Shown here piece after piece: positions 43,064-50,819 of a stretch of 64,000 nt of DNA. Both the position numbers and the translations under genes were made by a program. Source of the stretch: Candidatus Danuiimicrobium aquiferis (GTDB lineage: Bacteria; Omnitrophota; Omnitrophia; Omnitrophales; Danuiimicrobiaceae); assembly GCA_001804285.1 (NCBI GenBank), contig MHFR01000037.1:19552-83551 (forward strand), in the 5' to 3' direction. Every line of letters begins with the position of its first letter. Within the stretch, counting starts at the first letter, position 1. Under the pieces are notes generated by a model that searched no databases, was not told where the DNA came from, and was given only the letters and a program-made list of their open reading frames with translations.

Positions 43064-44052
43064 TTCAATCAAAAGCCGGTATAAGATACTTCTTCGGTTT
43101 CATTTTATTTCTGCTCATAAATTCGACGTTTATTTTTGCTGACGATATTTCGCTTAAAACCGAAATTGACAAAGCGTTCATGACCATCGGCGATAAAGTC
43201 CACTTCAAAATCACCGCATCTCACCCCAAAAATATTCAAATACTGAATTTTGATATGAGCATCGCCCTGAGCGATTTTGAAGTGAAAGAAATAAAAGATT
43301 TTTCAATTGAGGAAAAAGGCCTGATCCAAGAAGGCAGAGAAGCCATCCTCACTAATTTCACACTCGGAGAATATGTCATTCGCCCCGTTCAGGTTCAATA
43401 TCGGGATACAAAAGGGGAGACAAAAACCATTCAATCACACCAGTTATACCTCACCGTGCAAAGTACAAATCAAAAAATGGATCCTGCAAGTGATATTCGA
43501 GGAATCAAAGGTGTCCTCAACATCAAAACAAGCCCATGGATTTGGATTGTGCCTACTGTCATTCTCATGACCGTTATTTTAAGCCTTCTGATTAGACATT
43601 ATCTCGTGAAACGCTCGTTCTTGGGCGCAGGCAAAGAGGAATCGCTTTTATCTCCGTCTGATGAAGCATTCAGGGCACTCGCAGAATTGGAACTCACAGA
43701 TTGGCTTAAACGAAATGAATTCAAACGCTATTTTTTTCGCCTATCCGAAATTGTTCGGAAATATCTCGAACGGCGATATCAAATGCCCGCTTTAGAATCG
43801 ACCACCAGCGAAGTCAGCCGTTCGCTCTCTCGAATCAAAGAACAATGCAACCCGGAAAACACAAAATCGATTGTTGATTTGCTCGAATTCTGTGATTTGG
43901 TTAAGTTCGCGAAATATATTCCGTCCCCGATAGAAATGGTCCACAAAAACAAACAAGCGAAAGCCATCGTTGAAAAGACAAAAGAAATACCAGCCGAAAA
44001 CGTTCAGAGCGAAAGCGAAAAACAATTTCCGGGAGAGGAGAAAAAACTATGA
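43060..44052 (+). CDS. BatD-like membrane protein (signal peptide, ecto-domain, one TM, charged C-terminal tail)
   Basis: 330 aa. N-terminal hydrophobic signal (FFGFILFLLINSTFIFA), a TM at about aa 160-180, and a Glu/Lys-rich C-terminus. Confidence 0.45.
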   Translation: MIQSKAGIRYFFGFILFLLINSTFIFADDISLKTEIDKAFMTIGDKVHFKITASHPKNIQILNFDMSIALSDFEVKEIKDFSIEEKGLIQEGREAILTNFTLGEYVIRPVQVQYRDTKGETKTIQSHQLYLTVQSTNQKMDPASDIRGIKGVLNIKTSPWIWIVPTVILMTVILSLLIRHYLVKRSFLGAGKEESLLSPSDEAFRALAELELTDWLKRNEFKRYFFRLSEIVRKYLERRYQMPALESTTSEVSRSLSRIKEQCNPENTKSIVDLLEFCDLVKFAKYIPSPIEMVHKNKQAKAIVEKTKEIPAENVQSESEKQFPGEEKKL

Positions 44053-45032
44053 TTCATTTTCACTCACCCTACGCATTCTTGCTTTTACTTCTGATCCCGC
44101 TTTTCTTTATGGCGGACTGGATAACCAAGCGTAGCACCTTGCGTTTTTCCTCGCTGTCAGAAATCAAACTCTGTCAAAATAAAAGCACCGCACTGATTAA
44201 ACCTTTTCTTTTCATCCTTCGCATGCTCGCCTATATCTTGCTTGTCACGGCACTTGCGCGCCCTCAAACAACCGAATCTGAACGGGAATACGAAACAAAA
44301 GGAATCGATATTGTGCTGGCTTTAGATATCTCCGGATCCATGTTAGCGGAAGACTTTAAGCCGAATAATCGTGTCACCGTGGCAAAAATGGAGGCTAAAA
44401 AATTCGTGCAGGGCCGTGAAAACGACCGGATCGGTCTTGTTGTTTTCTCGCGAAAAAGCTACACCCAATGCCCGCTGACACTGGATTATCACGTTCTTGC
44501 TGATTTAATTGAGAACGTCAATGTAGGCCTCATCAAGGACGGAACCGCGATCGGTCTTGGGCTCGCAAATTCCGTGAACCGGCTTCGTGAAAGTGACGTG
44601 AAAAGCAAAGTTATTATCTTATTAACGGACGGCGAAAATAACGCCGGAAATATCGACCCCATCACAGCTGCAGAACTTGCGAAAAGCTATGGAATCAAGG
44701 TGTACACGATCGGCATCGGCAAATCCGGATTGGTTCCGTTTCCGATTGAAGATCCCGTTTTCGGGAAACGTTATATCCAAACGCAGGTCAACGTTGATGA
44801 TAAAACACTCAAACGGATCGCCGACATTACCGGCGGACAATATTTTGCGGCAACCGACGCCAACGTACTTCATCAAATTTATCGGCAAATTGACAAATTG
44901 GAAAAATCAAAAGTCAAAATCAAGGAATACACAAGTTTTAGCGAACAATATAAAATTTTCCTGATTCCGGCAATTTTTATCTTGATTTGTGAAATCATAT
45001 TTAGAAATTTATTTTTTATTAAAATTCCGTAA
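44049..45032 (+). CDS. batA: VWA-domain protein BatA-like
   Basis: 327 aa. Two N-terminal TM helices, then a VWA domain with a MIDAS motif (DISGSM). Confidence 0.8.
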   Translation: MIHFHSPYAFLLLLLIPLFFMADWITKRSTLRFSSLSEIKLCQNKSTALIKPFLFILRMLAYILLVTALARPQTTESEREYETKGIDIVLALDISGSMLAEDFKPNNRVTVAKMEAKKFVQGRENDRIGLVVFSRKSYTQCPLTLDYHVLADLIENVNVGLIKDGTAIGLGLANSVNRLRESDVKSKVIILLTDGENNAGNIDPITAAELAKSYGIKVYTIGIGKSGLVPFPIEDPVFGKRYIQTQVNVDDKTLKRIADITGGQYFAATDANVLHQIYRQIDKLEKSKVKIKEYTSFSEQYKIFLIPAIFILICEIIFRNLFFIKIP

Positions 45033-45065
45033 CCCGGATTTCTCATTCGTGCTGAGAAACCCGGG
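45033..45065 (+). repeat. family-A repeat, minimal copy (single H1/H5-type hairpin)
   Basis: CCCGGATTTCTCATTCGTGCTGAGAAACCCGGG between batA and batB. Confidence 0.5.
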
Positions 45066-45080
45066 ATAAAGGCAAAAACC

Positions 45081-46097
45081 ATGCAACTCGTTTACCCTGA
45101 ATGGCTGAATGGACTTTGGCTGGTCGCCGGCTTATTCCTGTTTTATGGGTGGACTCAACGCCGGAAACGACAGATGCTTCAATATTTCGGGAATTGGCAA
45201 ACGCTCAAGTCGTTAACCGAATCTCATTCTCGCCAGAAAGAATGGGCAAAAAAAATTCTACTGATGGTCATTTTAACACTTTTGATTATCGCGGTAGCTC
45301 AGCCGCAATGGGGTGAGGTCAAGAAAGAAGTAAAACGGAAGGGAATTGAAATTGTATTCCTTTTAGATACGTCTCTCAGCATGCGTGCCGAAGACGTCTC
45401 TCCGAGCCGAATCGAAAGAGCGAAAATCATAATGAAATCGTTTTTACGGGAATTGAAAGGGGACCGCGTTGGAATTGTGACATTTGCGGGATCCGGGTTC
45501 ATCCAGTCACCATTAACACTCGATTACGATGCCTTTCTCCTATTTGCAAACTCGATCCAAGTCGGCTATATTCCGGATCCCGGAACGTCCTTGGGAGAAG
45601 CCATTAAAACCGCGATTAAAGCCTTCCCCGAGAACAAACAAAAGAACCACACCATGGTTTTACTCAGTGACGGGGAAAACCTCGAGGGAGCCGTCGATTT
45701 TGCCATCCAGGCGGCACAGAGCGCGAATATCCGCATTTATACAGTCGGCCTCGGAACCCCGGACGGCGCACCGATCCCTTTACGCTCGGAACAAGGAGAG
45801 CAAGTTACGGGTTATAAAAAAGATAAACAGGGACAGGTGGTCATCACAAAACTCAACGAACAGCTACTGAAAGATATCTCCGAAAAAACAAAAGGTGTTT
45901 ATTTTCTGGCCACGCCGGACGGTCGGGAAGTAGATTGGATCTATCAGCACATGCAAAACATCGAAAAGAAAGAATTAAAACAAAGAGTCGTCGTTGAGCG
46001 GGAAGAACATTTTCAAGCTTTTCTCGGATTGGCGGTTTTTTTGTTGATCATCGAAATGTTGCTAAGCGAAACACAAAAGGCCAAAGCACATGCATAA
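45081..46097 (+). CDS. batB: VWA-domain protein BatB-like
   Basis: 338 aa. TM helices, a VWA domain (DTSLSM MIDAS) and a C-terminal TM. Confidence 0.8.
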   Translation: MQLVYPEWLNGLWLVAGLFLFYGWTQRRKRQMLQYFGNWQTLKSLTESHSRQKEWAKKILLMVILTLLIIAVAQPQWGEVKKEVKRKGIEIVFLLDTSLSMRAEDVSPSRIERAKIIMKSFLRELKGDRVGIVTFAGSGFIQSPLTLDYDAFLLFANSIQVGYIPDPGTSLGEAIKTAIKAFPENKQKNHTMVLLSDGENLEGAVDFAIQAAQSANIRIYTVGLGTPDGAPIPLRSEQGEQVTGYKKDKQGQVVITKLNEQLLKDISEKTKGVYFLATPDGREVDWIYQHMQNIEKKELKQRVVVEREEHFQAFLGLAVFLLIIEMLLSETQKAKAHA

Positions 46098-47115
46098 GCG
46101 CAAGGGGGTCCTTATTTTTTCCCACGTTTTTTACTTCGTTACATTCTGCGCATTTTTCACAACCACATCCGGCCTTAACCGGGACGGAAATAAACTTTAC
46201 CAGGAAAAACGTTATGAATCGGCATTAAAAAATTACAGGGAAGCACAAGTTCGAAATCCAGACCAGGCCGAGACGCAATACAATCTTGGAACCGCTCTTT
46301 ACCAAACGGATCAATTTCAAGAAGCCGATGAGCACTTCAAAAAATCCATCGAACTGATGAAAGATAAAGACGACAAGGCAAAGGCCTGGTATAACTACGG
46401 AAATTCTCAATATCGCCTGGGCCAATTCGAAAAAGCGATTGACGCCTATAAACACGCGCTTGATTTAAATCCGGCCGATCAGGACGCCAAATACAATATA
46501 GAGTTGCTTCAAAAGAAAAAAAACATGTTTGACATCAAACAAAAAAACCGGGATGAAAAGAAAAACGAGCAAAACCAAAACCAACAAAAACAAAACCAGC
46601 AACAAAGTAAACAACAGCAAAGCCAGAATCAACAACAGAACCAGCAGCAACAGCAGCAGAACCAACAAAACCAGCAGAACGAGCAACAACAGCAGCAAAA
46701 CAAGCAGAACCAAGAACAAAATCAAAAACAGAATCAACAGGATCAACAAAACAAAGAACAACAAAAACAAGATCAGCAGAACCAACAACAAAAAGAGCAG
46801 AATGAACAACAGCAGCCCGATCAAGGCGAAGAAGAACAAAATCAGCAGCAAAAAGAACAGGCAGAAAAAGAGCAGCAACCAAAAGAACAACGAGAACAAG
46901 AAACACCGGCCGCGCCACAGCCCGATCAATCACAAAATCAACAAGGCGGCAAACCTGAGGAGCAACAACAAAAACAGTTATATCAGGGGCAAATGTCCCG
47001 CGAAGATGCGGAAAGAATTCTAAATGCCCTCAAAGATACCGAGCAGGAGTTGCAAAGCATCGTACGCCGCCCCCAGGAAAAATTCCCGGACCACAACCCA
47101 GAAAAAGATTGGTAG
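46090..47115 (+). CDS. batC: TPR-repeat protein BatC-like with a roughly 150-aa Gln/Asn/Glu/Lys-rich low-complexity insert
   Basis: 341 aa. A signal/TM segment, three TPR units (aa 30-140), a Q/N-rich tract, and a short conserved C-terminal segment. Confidence 0.7.
   Translation: MHKRKGVLIFSHVFYFVTFCAFFTTTSGLNRDGNKLYQEKRYESALKNYREAQVRNPDQAETQYNLGTALYQTDQFQEADEHFKKSIELMKDKDDKAKAWYNYGNSQYRLGQFEKAIDAYKHALDLNPADQDAKYNIELLQKKKNMFDIKQKNRDEKKNEQNQNQQKQNQQQSKQQQSQNQQQNQQQQQQNQQNQQNEQQQQQNKQNQEQNQKQNQQDQQNKEQQKQDQQNQQQKEQNEQQQPDQGEEEQNQQQKEQAEKEQQPKEQREQETPAAPQPDQSQNQQGGKPEEQQQKQLYQGQMSREDAERILNALKDTEQELQSIVRRPQEKFPDHNPEKDW
46540..46960 (+). repeat. cryptic simple-sequence region (CAA/CAG/AAC codon repeats) inside batC
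   Basis: For about 420 nt the + strand is composed almost exclusively of A and C, with few G and almost no T. The antisense frames give poly-Leu artefact ORFs. Confidence 0.8.
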
Positions 47116-47127
47116 CAATCATTTAAA

Positions 47128-47316
47128 ATAACTTTAACCCGACTTTCTCATTGATTTTGTGAATCGACGAGAAAGTCGCTTTGGGCGCAATCAGTTAAGC
47201 CCAAAGTTTTGCGCCCTTGTTAATTTGGGGCGCAAAAGATAAGCCCTGCGTCGCAAAGATGAATACCCTCTTTGCACCGCAGCTCTTACGAGCGGAATTT
47301 CTCATTAACAATGAGA
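47128..47316 (+). repeat. family-A composite structured repeat, full-length copy (left arm of a roughly 190-bp inverted pair)
   Basis: CCCGACTTTCTCAT-CGATTTTGTGAATCG-ACGAGAAAGTCG, CTTTGGGC..GCCCAAAG, TTTTGCGCCC..GGGCGCAAAAG-ATAAGCCC, ..., GGAATTTCTCAT..ATGAGAAATCCGGGCT. The reverse complement of 50621-50819 is more than 90% identical over about 190 bp. The element ends about 30 nt before the yqeY ATG. Confidence 0.85.
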
Positions 47317-47345
47317 AATCCGGGCTAAATATTCAGGAGCATCCC

Positions 47346-47792
47346 ATGACACTGACAGAACAGCTTGCAGAAGATCTTAAAACCGCTATGAAACAAAAGG
47401 AAGAAGTCCGGCTATCAACCATCCGGATGCTTAAAGCCGCCATGCAGATGAAAGCCATCGAAAAGAAGGTGAAAGCGCTTGCCGACGAAGAAGTCCTCGA
47501 TGTTATTCAAAAACAAGTCAAACAGCGGAAAGACTCAATCGCCGAATATGATAAGGGAAACCGGCGGGATTTAGCAGAAAAAGAACAAAAAGAAATCGAT
47601 GTTCTCATCACTTATTTGCCAAAACAGCTCTCCAAAGATGAATTAAAACAAATCGTACAAGGAGCGATCACCGTCACAGGAGCGACCACTAAAGCCGATA
47701 TCGGCAAATTAATGAAAGAAATCATGCCTAAAGTCAAAGGAAAAGCCGACGGGAAAGAGGTCAATCAGCTAATCAGCGAGCTCTTGCCGTAG
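47346..47792 (+). CDS. yqeY: GatB/YqeY domain protein
   Basis: ATG at 47346 (MTLTEQLAEDLKTAMK...) with AGGAG at 47334-47338. The ORF track's 47217 start would read through the repeat. Confidence 0.7.
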   Translation: MTLTEQLAEDLKTAMKQKEEVRLSTIRMLKAAMQMKAIEKKVKALADEEVLDVIQKQVKQRKDSIAEYDKGNRRDLAEKEQKEIDVLITYLPKQLSKDELKQIVQGAITVTGATTKADIGKLMKEIMPKVKGKADGKEVNQLISELLP

Positions 47793-47815
47793 AAAGCTTG
47801 CAAACAGATTATAAT

Positions 47816-47843
47816 TGTTTACATAACATATATTATAGGACGT
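47816..47843 (-). other. dif: candidate dif site (XerC/XerD chromosome dimer resolution site) at the gene-orientation switch point
   Basis: The reverse complement of 47816-47843 is ACGTCCTATAA-TATATG-TTATGTAAACA. The B. subtilis dif is ACTTCCTAGAA-TATATA-TTATGTAAACT. That is 24 of 28 identical, with 10 of 11 in the XerD arm. It lies in the 69-nt convergent intergenic region where coding strand polarity flips from + to -. Confidence 0.5.
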
Positions 47844-47861
47844 TATTGACAGCATTAAAAA

Positions 47862-48350
47862 CTACTTCTTTCTTCTAAATACGTCGATCTTCAACGAAGA
47901 TACCCGATCAAGAAATAAGATTCCGTTTAAGTGATCAACTTCGTGTTGAATACACACAGCTTCAAGCCCATCGGTTTCTATTCGGTTGACTTTCATGTCA
48001 AGGTCAAACCATTCTACTTTAATGGTATTCGCTCGCCTGACATTGGCCGTAAAATCCGGAATACTCATACATCCCTCCCGAAAGATTCGAAAATCCGATT
48101 CGGCGGTAATTACAGGGTTAATCATCACAAGCTGGGCTTTCCCTTGGATTTTCCGTGAGACATCGATAATGATCACGCACTTAAGAACGCCTACTTGCGG
48201 CGCAGCAATACCGATACCGCCTGGCTGCTGATGCATGATTTCGTCTAAATCTTTAATAAACGTTCTAAACTCGGCATCAATACGTTGAACCGGCTCAGAT
48301 ATTTTTTTAAGAATCGGGTCCGGATATGTGTAAATATGATATGGCTTCAT
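47862..48350 (-). CDS. def: peptide deformylase (second copy)
   Basis: 162 aa with all three PDF motifs: GIGIAAPQ, EGCMSIP, QHEVDHLNG. Confidence 0.9.
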   Translation of the reverse strand: MKPYHIYTYPDPILKKISEPVQRIDAEFRTFIKDLDEIMHQQPGGIGIAAPQVGVLKCVIIIDVSRKIQGKAQLVMINPVITAESDFRIFREGCMSIPDFTANVRRANTIKVEWFDLDMKVNRIETDGLEAVCIQHEVDHLNGILFLDRVSSLKIDVFRRKK

Positions 48351-48908
48351 TTAAAGGCGCGCTGTTTCAAGTGGTTTAAACGACACATCCACTTTCAATT
48401 TCTTCTTTATTTGATCGATTTTTTTCTCAACTGTTCGAATCCTTGCATTTTGAGGGGCATCAACCTCCAAAATAAGCGCATAAATTGAATTTTTTCCGGA
48501 TCCCGCAATGTTGGAATTCAAATCGGTAATATTCAACCCCTCATCCGCTAAAACCTTGGAAACTTGATAAACAATACCCGCGTGATCCCTTCCATAGACC
48601 GAAAGAATGTACGGAACCGAACCTTTTAGATGCTTTTCACCGCGTGTCAATCGCCGCTTTATCGGTCTTATTTGAATGCTCAAAGCCAATGTTTTTTTGA
48701 TTCGCTCAATTGAAGCAACAAACTTTCGGTAACCGGAAGCACTGCCGATTTCCGCCAAAAGAATCATGGCAAACTCCCCTTCCAAAATCGTCATATTGGC
48801 ATCTTCCAGATTGCCACCGCATTTAAAAATTGCGCCCGTAAACGCTGCGATAATTCCCGGCTGATCCTTCCCTGTAATCGTCATCAATAATTTCATGGAA
48901 CCCCTCAC
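48351..48908 (-). CDS. tandem ACT-domain protein (GcvR-like)
   Basis: 185 aa with two ACT-like repeats (MTITGKDQPGIIAAFTGAIF... and LSVYGRDHAGIVYQVSKVLA...). Abuts the def2 start and overlaps the cca stop by 4 nt. Confidence 0.65.
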   Translation of the reverse strand: MRGSMKLLMTITGKDQPGIIAAFTGAIFKCGGNLEDANMTILEGEFAMILLAEIGSASGYRKFVASIERIKKTLALSIQIRPIKRRLTRGEKHLKGSVPYILSVYGRDHAGIVYQVSKVLADEGLNITDLNSNIAGSGKNSIYALILEVDAPQNARIRTVEKKIDQIKKKLKVDVSFKPLETARL

Positions 48909-50227
48909 TGGTTAATCAGTTTTTCCTTTACGTACAAAATGGCATCCTCTTTCGATTTGAATTTCAATTCGAGCTGAAGTTCATAAATCGCATTTAAGAT
49001 TTCTTTCATTATCGGGCCTTCCGAAACCCCTAACGCCATCAGATCATGGCCGTTGATAATACATTTCGGCTTTAAATCTTCTTTCTTGAATTCTTCTCGT
49101 TTCTGAATCAAAAAATAATAATTATCAAGCGAACCGTGGCTCGCCAGGCAATCTGCCCGATGAAGTTCCAGTTCCATTTCAAAGGTTTCTTTGCCGATCA
49201 ACTGTTTCAGTTTCCCGATCCTCATTTCTTTCACATCCCCATAACGCATGTGATTCCCGATCGCCCATGTAATCCGATCAATTTCCTGATTCGAAAAGCG
49301 GAGCCGGGTTAACGCTTCCCGCGCAATGTCAGCCCCCACCGCGGCATGATTATAAAAATGGATATCGCCCGTTTCCGTTCGCCCGAAAGTACCGGGCTTA
49401 CCGACATCATGAAAAATCGCAGAAAAAGCCAACTCAACCGAAACCGGCTGCTTCAATTGATCCAACATGAGTTTGGTATGGACAAAAACATCGCCTTCCG
49501 GATGATACGCTTCCGGTTGTTTGACACCCTTTAGCGCTTCGATTTCTGGTAAAACCTCTGCAAGCAAACCGCTTTCTGACAGCAAAACAAGCCCCTTCCC
49601 CGCTCCCGGCCGAGTAAACATTTTAACGAGTTCATCGCGGATCCGTTCCTGGCTGACCCTGTGAATGCTTGTCCGGTTACGAATCATCGCAGCCCATGTT
49701 GCTGCCTCAATTTCAAAATTCAAATTTGCCGCAAACCGGATCGCGCGTAAAATCCGGAGATGATCTTCCTCAAAGCGCTCCTGCGGATTTCCGATCGTAC
49801 GGATAACTTTCTTTTCAATATCCATTTGCCCGGAAACGAAATCGATCATTCGGCGATTCATCGGATCGTAAAACAATCCATTGATCGCGAAATCCCGCCT
49901 TTTCGCATCTTCTTCGGGCGAAGAAAAAGACACTGACTCGGGATGGCGGCCATCCACATACTTCGCATCAGAGCGGAACGTGGTCACTTCAAATTGATAC
50001 CCCTCCAGGACAACAATTTCGACACCGAATTTTTTCCCGACAGAAATACATTTCGGGAACATCGCTTCAATGTCATCCGGAAGCGCACTGGTCGCAATAT
50101 CATAATCTTTGGGCGTATTTCCCATAATCAAATCCCGGACATATCCGCCGGCAAAAAACGCCACAAATCCGGCGGCTTTCAGCTTTTCAATAATTTGAAT
50201 TGCGATTTTTTCTGCCTGTTCAGCCAT
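48905..50227 (-). CDS. cca: CCA tRNA nucleotidyltransferase (pol-beta-like NTase head + HD domain)
   Basis: 440 aa. GGYVRDLIMG...DYDIAT NTase motif, ...RRDFAING..., and a C-terminal HD domain (HDVGK...HH...D). Confidence 0.85.
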   Translation of the reverse strand: MAEQAEKIAIQIIEKLKAAGFVAFFAGGYVRDLIMGNTPKDYDIATSALPDDIEAMFPKCISVGKKFGVEIVVLEGYQFEVTTFRSDAKYVDGRHPESVSFSSPEEDAKRRDFAINGLFYDPMNRRMIDFVSGQMDIEKKVIRTIGNPQERFEEDHLRILRAIRFAANLNFEIEAATWAAMIRNRTSIHRVSQERIRDELVKMFTRPGAGKGLVLLSESGLLAEVLPEIEALKGVKQPEAYHPEGDVFVHTKLMLDQLKQPVSVELAFSAIFHDVGKPGTFGRTETGDIHFYNHAAVGADIAREALTRLRFSNQEIDRITWAIGNHMRYGDVKEMRIGKLKQLIGKETFEMELELHRADCLASHGSLDNYYFLIQKREEFKKEDLKPKCIINGHDLMALGVSEGPIMKEILNAIYELQLELKFKSKEDAILYVKEKLINQ

Positions 50228-50240
50228 AAAAGATTCCCAA

Positions 50241-50291
50241 TACCCCTCACCCTATCCCTCTCCCCGTGGGAGAGGGATAGGGTGAGGGGTA
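50241..50291 (-). repeat. family-C GC-rich perfect hairpin (24-25-bp stem, 3-nt loop)
   Basis: TACCCCTCACCCTATCCCTCTCCC-cgt-GGGAGAGGGATAGGGTGAGGGGTA, located between the acyP stop (50331) and the cca start (50227). A related copy lies at 57841-57896. Confidence 0.8.
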
Positions 50292-50330
50292 TCTGTTAAT
50301 CACTTCAAAACGCTAAATAATTACTTCCAA

Positions 50331-50603
50331 TTAACGGACTGAAAACGTTACAAAATTCTGCTGTGGCTCTTCAACCGTAATCGCCACATCATCCACTTGC
50401 GCACCCGGCGGTCCGGAATGACACCATTTGACTAATCGCGCAATATAGGCTTCTTCGCCTTGCGCCACAATCTCAACCTTTCCATCGGGTAAATTTCGCG
50501 CAAAACCAACTAATTTCAGGCTTCTTGCGTTCTCTGCGGCCGAAGCGCGATAAAACACCCCTTGAACTCTTCCGGAAATCAACAAATTGACCTGTTTAAT
50601 CAT
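50331..50603 (-). CDS. acyP: acylphosphatase
   Basis: 90 aa with VQGVFYR...GFARN acylphosphatase signatures. Confidence 0.85.
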   Translation of the reverse strand: MIKQVNLLISGRVQGVFYRASAAENARSLKLVGFARNLPDGKVEIVAQGEEAYIARLVKWCHSGPPGAQVDDVAITVEEPQQNFVTFSVR

Positions 50604-50620
50604 GATCCCCTATCGCCCTC

Positions 50621-50819
50621 AGCCCGGATTTCTCATTCTGAATAAGAAATTCCGCTCGTAAGAGCTGCGGCGCAAAGATGGTCCGTATGTTTGCGACGCA
50701 GGGCTTATCTTTTGCGCCCTGATTTAACAAGGGCGCAAAACTTTGGGCGTAACTTATTGCGCCCAAAGCGACTTTCTCGTCGATTCACAAAATCGATGAG
50801 AAAGTCGGGTTAGGACTCA
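50621..50819 (-). repeat. family-A composite structured repeat, full-length copy (right arm, inverted)
   Basis: The reverse complement aligns base-for-base with 47128-47316 (same five hairpin modules, ATAAGCCC and GGGCT landmarks). Its 3' end, in the transcribed sense, lies about 18 nt upstream of the acyP ATG. Its 5' end overlaps the last 11 codons of the MFS gene. Confidence 0.85.

Noticed and set aside
46465-46933. Two long minus-strand ORFs (154 aa and 132 aa) of nearly pure poly-Leu, Phe or Val
   Set aside because: They are the antisense reading of the CAA/CAG codon array inside batC (CTG/TTG repeats). No start context is present and they are compositionally artefactual.
49943-50299. 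118-aa plus-strand ORF ending in ...PLTLSLSPWERDRVRG
   Set aside because: It is antisense to cca, and its C-terminus is the translation of the family-C hairpin. It is spurious.
47128-50819. Inverted-repeat-flanked cassette as a transposon or insertion element
   Set aside because: No transposase, integrase, resolvase or target-site duplication is visible. The flanking repeats belong to a multi-copy structured family that also occurs unpaired elsewhere. The cargo is ordinary housekeeping genes.
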